The translations under genes and the position numbers were made by a program. A DNA stretch of 62,288 nt, counting the filler, from Asterionella formosa (Eukaryota), in the NCBI GenBank assembly GCA_002256025.1. It is 4 parts of 4 records of this genome, joined end to end, with 100 filler letters (N's around TTAATTAATTAA, not from the genome) between each part and the next. Parts side by side here need not be neighbours in the genome. Positions count along the whole stretch, not along the records: positions 31,214 to 46,706 come from NKIB01005416.1; 3 more parts are not named here. The stretch is one strand, 5' to 3'. Shown here in pieces: positions 36,268-46,806 of this stretch (the stretch's first letter is position 1; every line of letters begins with the position of its first letter). Below the pieces are notes generated by a model. That model saw only the letters and a list, made by a program, of their open reading frames with translations, was not told the origin of the DNA and ran no database searches.

Positions 36268-38880
36268 TTACTTGTCATCATTAGGCTCATATTTCTCAAA
36301 GGATTTACGAAAATCTAATGCCAACTCTTGCTCCTTGTCTTTCTCTAACACACATGCTTTCCAATGTGCCAAGTCCGGCTGGTTCATAACAACTGCCAGA
36401 ACTTCACGTCCAAACTGAAGAGGCACTCGTGACGACGTCCGGCTGGCAACTGCTTGATGCAGCCATCGTTTTGAATCACGCGCCAATAGTAGTTCTGCGT
36501 AAAAGTAACCCTCGTGCTCCTCCATGTCACTCAGAGCTTGGAGTCCTAAATCTGAATTGAGTTCTCTCAGAACAAACCCAGAGGTTCGAGCAAGTTCAAC
36601 AATGGTCTTGCATAGTTGAACAACCTTGTCTGACAACACAGGAACACATTGAAGGTGCGTATGGTAGCCACCTTTGGTTTGAATGGCGCGTTCCCAAACA
36701 AACAGCTCACACTGGTACATTTCTTTTGCATGCCGATACAAACGTTGCTTCAAATCCGAAATTTCATGCTGTAATGAAGTATCTGACAGTGCTCCCTTAC
36801 TTGTATGTTTTACAGGTACAATCAACACATGACCTGGATGTATGGGCCCTTTTGGCATGGCAAGGTAACATTGTTGAAAAACTGCCGTGATTAAATGTTT
36901 TTCACAGCCTTGGGATGCCAAACAAAACCAACAGTCTGATCGAGCATCGATAGGGAAGTGTTGGCGTGAAAACGCAACACCTGACGCTGTCGTCATGGTA
37001 CTGGTAGTCTGTTCTTTTGACTTGTTGTCTGATGGAGCCCAATACAAAAGGACACCCCAAAATTCTTCTGGGACAGAATTATCTTCCGTGGTGGTTAGAA
37101 TTCCTCCATCTGTACTACCTGTTCCTGTTGCTAATACCATACTAGCCGCAGCATGGGATGCAAATTCCAAAAATCCAAAATTTTTGGTAGTCACATCTGC
37201 TGTACTATTACCAGATGTAGTAGTAGTAGTCCCAATGATTCGACTCTTGACTTGCAATGCCGGTTCAGTGGCAGCAGTAATAGTGGGATCTCCCAATGCC
37301 TTTTCCAATGTAGTTTCCATAAATCGGCGAAGTTGTTCTGTGACCATGACAATATCGTCCGTCAACACACGTGATGGTAATTTAAAATACAATGTTGATG
37401 ATGATTTTGCTTCTTGTTCGGTCAATCGTTGGCGTTTGTGAGGATTTGATGAATAGTAATTAGTATTTTGAAAATGGTGCGAATGATTGTTCGTTGTTGC
37501 CCACTTTAATGTCAAATGTACCCCTTGAATAGTAATTTCTCCTGCCAATGATTGTAAACAATGTTCGGCATCTTCATGTGTCTTGAATTCCAAAAATGCA
37601 TAGGAACTGGTTGTTGCTGTTATTGATGCATTTGGTCTTCGTACTTTCACAACATGATAAGGAGCAAATGCTTGTAACAATTCGCTGGATCCAGTTTGTA
37701 ATTTGTTGGTAACATCCTTATGTAATCCATGTATGAATAACGTAGTACAAGACAATATCAAATCATCATTCGAGGAAGATTCATCATTTTGTTGTTGAAA
37801 TGCTGGACGTTTGTTATTGCTGTTGTTTGACCATCGATGGTCATAATGTTGATTTGTTGTTCCATCTCCAATAATACGATTCATTTGAGTTTGTGATATA
37901 CCAACACCAACACTAGCACCTCGTGTTATAGGTTGTTCCATACTAAAAAGGTTTGTATATGGATTTGGTACAACTCCAGTTGTGGTTGTTGTATCATAGT
38001 TTTGTTGTTTTTTCATGGTTGTAGTCAATGGTTCTAATCCCAGTGCATGTATCCATTTGTTGGTTCCTTTTGGTGGATGAATCGAAACATTTGCCATTCC
38101 AATAAATCTTCCAGTCGAAATATTGTTATTGTTAGGGGTAGTAGTAGCAGTAAGAGTATTGGTGGTTGTTGATGATGACTGATGAAAAGGAAGAGATGTT
38201 GTAAATTGCCATGGACACGGTGCAACATGATATCTTGGTCTTGTCAAGAGTGCCACTTGCGCAACATCAAATGATATATTAGCAGCAGGATTAGAGTTAG
38301 CAGGAGTAGAGGAAGAGGCATTGTTTTCAGTAGTTGTTGTCGCAAGAATGGATTCAATTCCTTGTGGCCATTCCGAGGATAATAGAAAATCACATCCATG
38401 GGAAATCAAGTCATTATCATCATGAATCTGATTGTTGTTGTTGCTGTTGTTTGTATTGTTGCTATGGTTCCCCAAGTAGTGAAACGAAAGGACACAAACA
38501 ATTAATGATTGTTGTTGAATGGAAAGGTTGTAAAATATCTTGTCTGTCGGAAAGGCAAATACATTTTGTCCCAATGCCATGGTTCCATCAGACATGGTAG
38601 TAGCAGTTGCTGTTGTTGTTGCTGCACTATTGTAGTCCTGAAGATACATGGGCAATGGCACAACATCTGATGATAGGACAGACAGTTGTTGCAACAGTTG
38701 TTCCGTTTCCACTGGACCAACAATAAAACAAACATGAAAAGGACCTGCTTTGCTTTTCTGCAACGACGTTACTTTCTTGATAAAGGTGGATATAGATTCT
38801 GCCGTATCCATGGAACCAACGAGAAGTATCTTGAGCTTTGTTGGACTGCCGGTAGTTGCTGTCATGGTCACGGTTGTCAT
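36268..38880 (-). CDS. CWF19L1: CWF19-like protein 1 (DRN1-like) with inserted RRM-like domains
   Basis: Pseudo-metallophosphatase N-terminus (KAGPFHVCFIVG, DFLLSSEWPQGI, RPRYHVA). CwfJ C-terminus CWFCLAS...EKHLI...KGPIHPGHVLIVPVKH...PLQFGREVLA...WKAC. Confidence 0.85.
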   Translation of the reverse strand: MTTVTMTATTGSPTKLKILLVGSMDTAESISTFIKKVTSLQKSKAGPFHVCFIVGPVETEQLLQQLSVLSSDVVPLPMYLQDYNSAATTTATATTMSDGTMALGQNVFAFPTDKIFYNLSIQQQSLIVCVLSFHYLGNHSNNTNNSNNNNQIHDDNDLISHGCDFLLSSEWPQGIESILATTTTENNASSSTPANSNPAANISFDVAQVALLTRPRYHVAPCPWQFTTSLPFHQSSSTTTNTLTATTTPNNNNISTGRFIGMANVSIHPPKGTNKWIHALGLEPLTTTMKKQQNYDTTTTTGVVPNPYTNLFSMEQPITRGASVGVGISQTQMNRIIGDGTTNQHYDHRWSNNSNNKRPAFQQQNDESSSNDDLILSCTTLFIHGLHKDVTNKLQTGSSELLQAFAPYHVVKVRRPNASITATTSSYAFLEFKTHEDAEHCLQSLAGEITIQGVHLTLKWATTNNHSHHFQNTNYYSSNPHKRQRLTEQEAKSSSTLYFKLPSRVLTDDIVMVTEQLRRFMETTLEKALGDPTITAATEPALQVKSRIIGTTTTTSGNSTADVTTKNFGFLEFASHAAASMVLATGTGSTDGGILTTTEDNSVPEEFWGVLLYWAPSDNKSKEQTTSTMTTASGVAFSRQHFPIDARSDCWFCLASQGCEKHLITAVFQQCYLAMPKGPIHPGHVLIVPVKHTSKGALSDTSLQHEISDLKQRLYRHAKEMYQCELFVWERAIQTKGGYHTHLQCVPVLSDKVVQLCKTIVELARTSGFVLRELNSDLGLQALSDMEEHEGYFYAELLLARDSKRWLHQAVASRTSSRVPLQFGREVLAVVMNQPDLAHWKACVLEKDKEQELALDFRKSFEKYEPNDDK

Positions 38881-39252
38881 TGTCGTTGTCCTTGGCGCTG
38901 TCGTTACCTGAACAACTTGATTACCGGTATGAAATTATTTAAAAGCATCAGGCTGCGCCTCAGTCATTCCAGTTTCAAAAAAGATAAGGATCCTATTAGT
39001 CTAATTTTAAACATGTGAGCGAATGATCGACCGAGTTTACCGCAGGTACCGTTCTTACTAAACCATGATATACCAAGGTTTCCGTGAAATGTACGTCGAC
39101 TACTCATTAGCGATTCTTTTCACCCAAGTATTCTACAAATTAGATATACAATTTCACTCTCCTCGTTGCTAAAGGAGTGGACTCCACTCTACCGTATCCC
39201 CTTTACCAACTCACAAATTTTGTCAGTTTTGGGTACATATCAACCGTTCACC

Positions 39253-40168
39253 ATGGTACGTTTTGGTTAACCTGCTGTACCCCTTTTGCTTTCCCTGCCT
39301 CCACCTAGCTAGTACCCAACTTTACACTAACAACCTCCATCACAATTACTATCGTTACTATCTCTACCACCAGGCCCCCAAGAAAGCAGCAACGAAAAAG
39401 GATGCGCCAGCAGCAGCCTCCAAGAAAAAGGCAGTGGCGGATCCACTGTTCCCTTCTCGGCCTCGTACCAATCAAATTGGAGGAGCCATTCGTCCCAAGG
39501 GACGCGATCTGTCACGCTTTGTTCGTTGGCCCAAGTACGTTCGCATTCAACGTCAACGTGCCATTCTCTATCAACGTCTCAAGGTCCCACCAGCCATTCA
39601 TCAATTTACAAAGACCTTGACCAAGAACGAAGCCATGACTGTCTTTACGCTCTTTAACAAGTACAGACCTGAAACACCTGCTGCTAAGAAACAGCGTATT
39701 AAGGAAGCGGCGGCTGCAGCTGCCACTACCAAGGCAACCACCGAAGGAAAGATGCATGTGGTCAAGTACGGACTCAAGCATGTCACTAACTTGATTGAAG
39801 AAAAGAAGGCTGCCTTGGTGTTGATTGCTTGTGATGTAGACCCCATTGAAGTTGTCATGTGGATGCCTGCTCTGTGTCGTAAAATGAATGTCCCATTTAT
39901 GATTGTCAAGGACAAGGCACGTTTGGGAAGTTTGGTACACATGAAGAATGCGGCATGCGTATGCCTGGCGGGTGTTGACAAGGCCGATGCTTCGCAATTG
40001 ACTCTTCTCTCCAATTTGGCCAAGGAGAAGTTTAATGACAATGCCGAGTTGGTACGCAAGTGGGGAGGTGGTATGATGGGACTCAAGACCCAAGCCAAGT
40101 TGGACAAGCGTGCCAAACTGGTGGCCATTGAAGAAGCCAAGAAATTGGCGTCATTGAACCGACATTAG
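39253..40168 (+). CDS. RPL7A: 60S ribosomal protein L7a (eL8); exons 39253-39255 (ATG only) and 39374-40168
   Basis: RDLSRFVRWPKYVRIQRQRAILYQRLKVPPAIHQF, IACDVDPIE and PALCRKM.VP. Intron GTACG...CAG at 39256-39373. Confidence 0.96.
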
Positions 40169-40762
40169 ACGTATAATTGAGGGATCAGCAAGATTGTATC
40201 TTTTATATAGCAAGAGTCAGAATTAATGCAAAATGAGCGCAAGCGCACACACAAAACTATGATGTTATTGTTTGCTGTTGACTCGTGTCTGCCCCATGTG
40301 GTTGGAACGACGAGGCTTACTTTGGTCTTCTTCTTTTTCGTGACTAGATGTAGGGGTTGCGTATGTGTGCATGATCCTGCCTGGTGGTGGGTCAAGGCTT
40401 CAAACCTTGGGGGGCCTGGCGGCCCAGTTGTTCGATTCAACCTTGCGCACGGTGATTTTGTGGAATCGTATTTTCCGGTGTTTTTGGCAACTGTATGTAC
40501 TCTGGTAATGGATGAAATTTTGGTTCGTTTCGCCCACTGTATGTAGTAGATGTAGCACCCAACGGGTACATTTACATTTGGAAGTTTCTAGAAGGTGTAT
40601 ACAGCAGTCATGTAAGAGCATGGAATATACGGCTTCGCCTTGTTGCTGGATTGTGCATTACCTGTTAGTTATATTTAAAATTTAAAACCCACTTTTTGTG
40701 GAATTATTGTAATAACTCCATATACCCATCCCACCACAAAATATACAAGATTATATATGGAA

Positions 40763-41524
40763 CTACACATCTTCAGTCTTGCTGACCATTGGCAAAGTAG
40801 CATATGCTGGACGTGTATACTGTGCCACCAATCCTTGATCAGTTGGTGGTGCACCAAGAGCTCCTCCCATTATGGCATGAAATGGGACAATATTGGGGTA
40901 CTATTACATGCATAGTAGGGAGTAGGTACATATGTATGCATGTGAGTGAATGTTGAATTCAAAGAGAGAGAGAGAGAGTGTGAGTTATGTGTGCATGAAC
41001 GAGAGTGAGAGTTGTCAATGGGAAATAACAAAATACCGGTACACCACAAAAAAAATAAGCATGCAGTCAAGTACAGGGCAAGCACTGTCGGAATGGGCAA
41101 TGGTCGACGTCGACAAGTACGAAGTGTCGTGTAGAATTCTACGCCTGACGCTCCGTGACGACAAATCCAAGGTACTGGACATTAGAAATGGCTCTATTGT
41201 CTGACTTTCCTACTACACCCCCAATGACGTCCTCCTCACCTTCGTGCCGATTTCCATCAATTGACGACGAAGGGCCTCGTTGCGCTCATTGAGATCCTTG
41301 TTCTCACGAGACAAGGTAATTACTGTTCGCTGGAGTTCTTCAATCATTGTCTTTTTCCGTTTTCGTGATTCACGAGCTGAAATGCGATTTTGTTCCAATC
41401 GTTCCTTGCGTTTGTTCCGCTTCCCATCGGGGCCAATCTCCTCATCGTCGGCGAGGGGGCCGAGATTGTCGTCTGGTTCTGCGGGATGGTGCTGATGATG
41501 AGGATGGTCAGAATTAGATGACAT
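40763..41524 (-). CDS. bZIP transcription factor; exons 41524-41240 and 40900-40763
   Basis: Basic region RKERLEQNRISARESRKRKK followed by a leucine zipper. Donor GTGAGG at 41239 and acceptor TAG at 40901 give an in-frame continuation YPNIVPFHAIMGG...KTEDV*. Confidence 0.85.
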
Positions 41525-42045
41525 TGTGCTGATGATGTGGAGGTTTATAATTTCAAGGTTTTCACAAAAATTACTAAGCAATTCCGGTAGTACCAGGTAC
41601 TCCGTATTTTAGTATATAATAGTACCAGTTACTTTCGTAACAAAAACTGCCTGTATACTACGTTTGTCGGTACCAGCACCGGTGTCGGAATGAGTCTGTT
41701 AGGCTGTTGATGTCGACAGGTGTCCGATGACTAGTTGTAGTCTGAGGAATGTATAAATGGAAATAAGTATACTGTATTTACATTCCGGGTCATTCCAGGG
41801 CAGTCGTACTGGCGCTCAATATGTAGGAAGAAGTGCCATAAATTTCTACCAGTACCAGGGTGAGCAGGGAAATACGACTTGACAGTTGACCTGTACTGAA
41901 AAATAAATACATGGTGATTGAAGATGGCCCTCCATCAGCTGTTTTTGCTTGTGCATTTTATGTCTAACTTGGAACTTGATTTGCTGTGATGAAGGTAATG
42001 ATGGTGTCTGTATCCAGCATTTGGTCTGGTTTTGAGTCACCAAGC

Positions 42046-42684
42046 AAGATGATGTGAGGATTCGATTTTCTCACACATTAAATGATAAAGAAGATGGCTC
42101 TAAGAATTTCAAGCCCTGACATGATTGCTACACCAACCCTGACAATTTTGCCTTGTGCCCAATGAATGCATTGTTTCAGTTCATGACATGCTTCCCAGAC
42201 ATTCTACAAGATACAGATAGTTTGCTTATTGTTGTCTGGTGCAGCAGAGCAGGAGGATTGATTAATAAAAATTTATTAAGAGGTTGCTACATGGACATCA
42301 AAATTGTCAATCAAATCTTATAGTACATTAAAGCTATCCAATAATCGCACTCCCGCACAGCCAAGGAATAAATGAACACAATTAGTACCAGTTTTGTTTG
42401 TCCATATGGTACAATGGGACCTGTCTTTTTGTCAGCTGCACCCCCAGAACCACGGGAACTACACAAAAAGACAGGTGGAGAATGCAGGAATCGAACCTGC
42501 CACCGCATCAGGTGTGCTAACCACTAAGCCATTCCCCAGTTGCTACATGGACAGACACAATCTAGATGGATATGAGGTAGAGGACATTGGTAATCAAACC
42601 ATCAGGAAGGAGGGCGCAATAACACATGCATCAAGTGGCTCCACAGCAGTTACATCAAGTGCAGCAACCAAAAATCAATCATAG
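42046..42684 (+). mobile_element. Second Crypton-type tyrosine recombinase fragment, interrupted by a SINE
   Basis: DDVRIRFSHTLNDKEDGSKNFKP*HDCYTNPDNFALCPMNALFQFMTCFP precedes the insert. EDIGNQTIRKEGAITHASSGSTAVTSSAA follows it and is a degenerate GTHSIRKGAATYASSGST motif. Confidence 0.72.
42298..42538 (-). mobile_element. tRNA-derived SINE, 241 bp, with a 15-bp TSD
   Basis: Head GGGGAATGGCTTAGTGGTTAGC...GCAGGTTCGATTCCTGCATTCTCCA carries Pol III A and B boxes and intact acceptor and T stems. TSD GTTGCTACATGGACA at 42283-42297 and 42539-42553. Confidence 0.88.
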
Positions 42685-42796
42685 CTTTGAGTATATTAGC
42701 TGTGGTAAATTTATACTACTTGGAGTGTGTGATGATGGTATATATATATTTGCTTCATATGAATATATTAGCTAGTATATTAGCTAGTCTATACTA

Positions 42797-43110
42797 CTGG
42801 GGGAATGGCTCAGTTGGCTGGGCACGTTGCCTTTGATTTGAAGTTGTGTGGTTCAATTCCAGTTTATTCAGAAGCAATTGTTAGGTTCCACTCCCACACT
42901 CCTAACCGTCCTGCATGGTCTTGCCTGGTGTGCAAGGAAGGAAAAGTGGGTTGCCCCCTACAAGCAGTGTACCACCTTCCGAGGCAGTCAGAGATTCTCC
43001 TAATGCTGTGGCTAAGATGATCACCTTTCGCAAACAATGGTTGGGGATGCACCTATGCTAATAAAACAAAGGAAGCACATGGACTGATTGGCAGGCTGTG
43101 CTATGAAATT
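42797..43110 (+). mobile_element. Second tRNA-headed SINE-like repeat
   Basis: CTGGGGGAATGGCTCAGTTGG (A box), GGTTCAATTCC (B box, 42850) and a second B-box-like GGTTCCACTCC (42884). The body from 42870 on is homologous to 51845-52062 (minus strand). Confidence 0.65.
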
Positions 43111-44342
43111 CCACATTAAACTCCGTGGTCTTAGAAAGCGCCTTGAAAGTGTACCAATAATACCGGTATGTAAAATATACCACCATTATGGACCTGTGAA
43201 CACGTAGGGTTGCATGGACGTGCATACTATCAGTAATATGGTTCATTGCTTTGACACCGACATTAGGCAGTAGCATGAGCCTTATACAGGTACTTGAATA
43301 TACGAGGTATGCTGGTTCACATCGGCTGGCCAGTCAAATATTTCGGTGACACCGAATAAACATGTCACTATCATAATTAATGCCGCAACAGCATACATAA
43401 CAGTTGTCACATACCCGTGGTTCCGCCAGTTAGTTAAGGGTTCCGAACACCAAAACGAGCATCGTGTTTTTTCCCATACCATAATCTCCAAATCGAAAGC
43501 AAGTTGCCGTGGTTCTACTTTTATATCCCTCCTCGTATGTATGTTGAGAAGAATAGATGGTTCGAATTGTCTAAGGGGGGGTTATGCATCTGCATTTTGC
43601 TCGATATGGCCATGAGCGAAAATCAAAGAAGCCGAAAAACGATTTTTTGAAACGTGGTTACCCCTGGTACTCCGTACCGGTAGATCAGTAGCTTGTTTCT
43701 TTTGCAGATTAGGACAGAGGAACAGGAGAAAGTCGTTTTAGTCAAAATGCCCCCGGAGAAATTTTAAGATTCGCTTCATTTGATACCTGGTACCTGGTAC
43801 CAGTACTCTGGACTCTGGAGTATTTGTTTACAGCCTTTGTCATGTCTTTCCAGTGCCGGTAAACCAGTTTTTATGGGGGGGGGTTCGTCTTATTTATGTT
43901 TCCTTAATTACCGACACGATTGCTGAATCAGATAAGAACCCATTCGTGGTTCTATTTGACATATCAAATCAAAAGTACCAATTGATGACTCGGCAAACCG
44001 ACACATTCTTTTGGGGCATATGTACTGATTAACAAAAAATAACACTAACACGTCGATTCACACTTCGAAATAGGGTCATAGCATTGCCGGGAGTAACACC
44101 GTTTCCAATTATGCCCTAAATAGAAAGGCGGCAAGCGACAGTGTGGCATTCTCTGTGTTGTCATGTATGACGTGACCAATCTAATGGAAAGGCTCCAGAG
44201 GAAGTTTAACACATATCATGCTGGAGGCTGGACCGACAACATCCTGATCATAAATTGCTTGACGACCAATGGTATCACCATTCATGCTGAAAGAAAACGC
44301 TGCCGAGAACGACAAAACAGTGAAATCATCATTTCGTCTAAT

Positions 44343-45032
44343 ATGAGCAGTAATTCGCTCTCGTTCATCTTAGATTTTCAGGCTAGCTATGTCTCTCATA
44401 AAATGCGCCTCCACGATGAAGTGGTCGACAATTGCGACATTCCTTTGTTCTTGAAAAGAAAACCCAGAGCACACAAGAAGCGCGACGCCATGAACAAAGG
44501 CTCAATGGAGACTTCTTTTTGCGAGTCGCTATCCACGTTTTCTAACTCAACTTCATCTGACCTTGAAGATCTGGATGACGATGAAGCGACACAGGAGCAA
44601 TACGAAGAAGTACAGAAAGCCTTTTTTATCCCTGGCATTACTGGGAAGGCGAGATGTCTAGAGGGTGCCACGACGGGCACTGCTGCGGAAGGCTCGTCCA
44701 CCGCCCGTCGCCGAGTCACTCCTACTCGAGGCCACACTGGCAATAATAGCATAGTGATCAGAAGTTCCTCAAGAAGCACGACATTTGTCACTTCGGCATC
44801 ATCCTCTTGCGGCTCGGCTGAGTCCTTGAAAAGTATAGATACCTACTATGAGAGGGTGTACTTGAAGAGTCTAGACAATTTGGACGAACAAAGTCCATCA
44901 TCCATCAATGATGTTGAAGATAAGGCATCGAGGACCAAGATCTTACAGGCATCCCGCCGAGAATTGCGACTACTAAAAGAAAAACTCGATGTCTCGAAGA
45001 ACACGATCGCAGATCAGGACCCGTCGGTTTGA
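44343..45032 (+). CDS. Hypothetical Ser-rich protein (start uncertain; the ORF is open from 44163)
   Basis: 289 aa ORF with coding-like composition. No family recognised. Confidence 0.5.
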   Translation: MSSNSLSFILDFQASYVSHKMRLHDEVVDNCDIPLFLKRKPRAHKKRDAMNKGSMETSFCESLSTFSNSTSSDLEDLDDDEATQEQYEEVQKAFFIPGITGKARCLEGATTGTAAEGSSTARRRVTPTRGHTGNNSIVIRSSSRSTTFVTSASSSCGSAESLKSIDTYYERVYLKSLDNLDEQSPSSINDVEDKASRTKILQASRRELRLLKEKLDVSKNTIADQDPSV

Positions 45033-45170
45033 TTCTTGTATTTCTGGGTGCAGCAAACTCGCTTCCCGTCAGACAGAAAGGTTTTCCATTGCTGATCTGC
45101 GCCTGGTTGCTCACCAATTCCTTGTTTTGAAAAATCTGATCAAGATAGTGCAACCCCATTATAGGCTCTA

Positions 45171-45270
45171 TATTATGTATCAAACAAGATATAGCCACTA
45201 AAGTTAAATGTTGCAACCACTATTATGTATTAAACAAGATATAGTCACTAAAGTTAAATGTTGCAACCAC
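45171..45270. repeat. 50-bp tandem duplication
   Basis: TATTATGTAT.AAACAAGATATAG.CACTAAAGTTAAATGTTGCAACCAC x2, with 2 mismatches. Confidence 0.95.
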
Positions 45271-46706
45271 TTGCATCCACCCACCTTGCTTGTGTCGTTT
45301 GTTTTGCACATTAGATCACAGTCCTACATTCTTCATCAAATTATTATTTTTTCTCACTCCATCAAATCTCATCCATCAGCACTCGCTATTTATTAACGAA
45401 TGTGATGATAGGCTAGGAACTGTCGAGAACAGACAGTACTGTGCTGCTGCTTGTCTGAACTAACCGGTCCCTAGTAGACTGTGGTACCGCTTTTACGTAT
45501 TATTTTGTCCTGTCAACCCCAGGTACCTGTTACTTGGGTCCCGGGGTATCACCTAAAAACTGAGAGTCATCCTTAGAAATGGATCCTTTTTACTGAGAGT
45601 CATCATTAAAAAGGGTAATCATATGTTTTGGGATGAATATTCGAGACATGTTGATTCTATTTCAGACAAAGTTGTTCCGTTGCATTCATGGAGGAGAAAT
45701 GTTCATATTTGTGGGTTGGCATTTTGTTGTGCCCAGCCGTTGTTGAGGTAAACAGGTCGAAAGGTAGCTGTTGCCAGAATTAGGGTCAAATCAGATTACC
45801 CCATGGAGCTGGCAATGAATTTTTGACTCTTAAAGCACCTTTCAGCACATCAATTTTTCAGTGATGATTCTTTGTTAATTATTAAGTGTCTTTTGTTTCT
45901 ATATAATTGTTGACTTTGATTGATCATCAATGTCTAATGGAGTGCTGGCTGTTGCTCCTCCTGCACTCCCTGTTGTTCCCCATGCATGATACTAATTACA
46001 ATCACTTATAAATTACTATGGCTGGGTGCAATTTCTGGGGCCACAGGCCTAGTAGTAGCCAAACCACCCCTGACCCTAGCTAGTACTGTAGTATATAATA
46101 TTTTATGATTTAAAACCCTTGTTAAAATCACATTGACCATATTAGTTTTATTATCAGCAACAGAACATCCTCCTGGTGTGCTGCTTGATTTATCAATAAC
46201 TCCAACATGAGCAGCAGTGCTACCAGTAAACACATCAAGAGCAGCATGGGACGAGCTCACAATTTGATTTATCTAGCTAGCAATGACCTATTTTGTGTTG
46301 TGTATGACAAATCCAACCCTACATGACAAATGGATCAGATGATACATTTTTAAAAATCTGCACCGGTACCGGTAGGTACCAGGTACCGGTAACTAATACC
46401 GGTATTCATGTCCCACACCGGCCGATTATTTACACAATAAATTAGCATACCGGGAACGTAGTCGTAAAAAATTAAACTCCCAGTTAAACCCGTAGTGGAA
46501 GCTAGCACTAGTAGTTCACTCGTACTCCAGTACTGTGCACAAAGGTAGCGACAATACCGGTACTGGTAGCAGGTACCTGGTACCATTGCTCCTATCGACT
46601 GGTATGGTACCGGGGAGTACCAGGGTACCGTAACAGGGTACGTGTATGCGGGGAATAGACCATTGTATATATTAGAGTACTTAATATGGAGTCACCACGA
46701 GTACAT

Positions 46707-46806
46707 NNNNNNNNNNNNNNNNNNNNNNNNNNNNNNNNNNNNNNNNNNNNTTAATTAATTAANNNNNNNNNNNNNNNNNNNNNNNNNNNNNNNNNNNNNN
46801 NNNNNN
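46707..46806. other. Artificial scaffold-joining linker
   Basis: N44-TTAATTAATTAA-N44. Confidence 0.97.

Noticed and set aside
6354..39373. Three introns of exactly 118 nt (AsnRS, BET, RPL7a)
   Set aside because: Their sequences are unrelated and the length is within the usual diatom range; treated as coincidence.
39512..40140. Long antisense ORFs over RPL7a (and over EF-1beta)
   Set aside because: Expected shadow ORFs of codon-biased, highly expressed genes.
42477..42537. Functional tRNA gene
   Set aside because: The anticodon/variable region is too short for a canonical tRNA, and the sequence lies inside a TSD-flanked insert with a second dispersed copy.
43282..43615. Hydrophobic short ORF, possible exon or pseudogene
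   Set aside because: No complete gene model or family could be supported.
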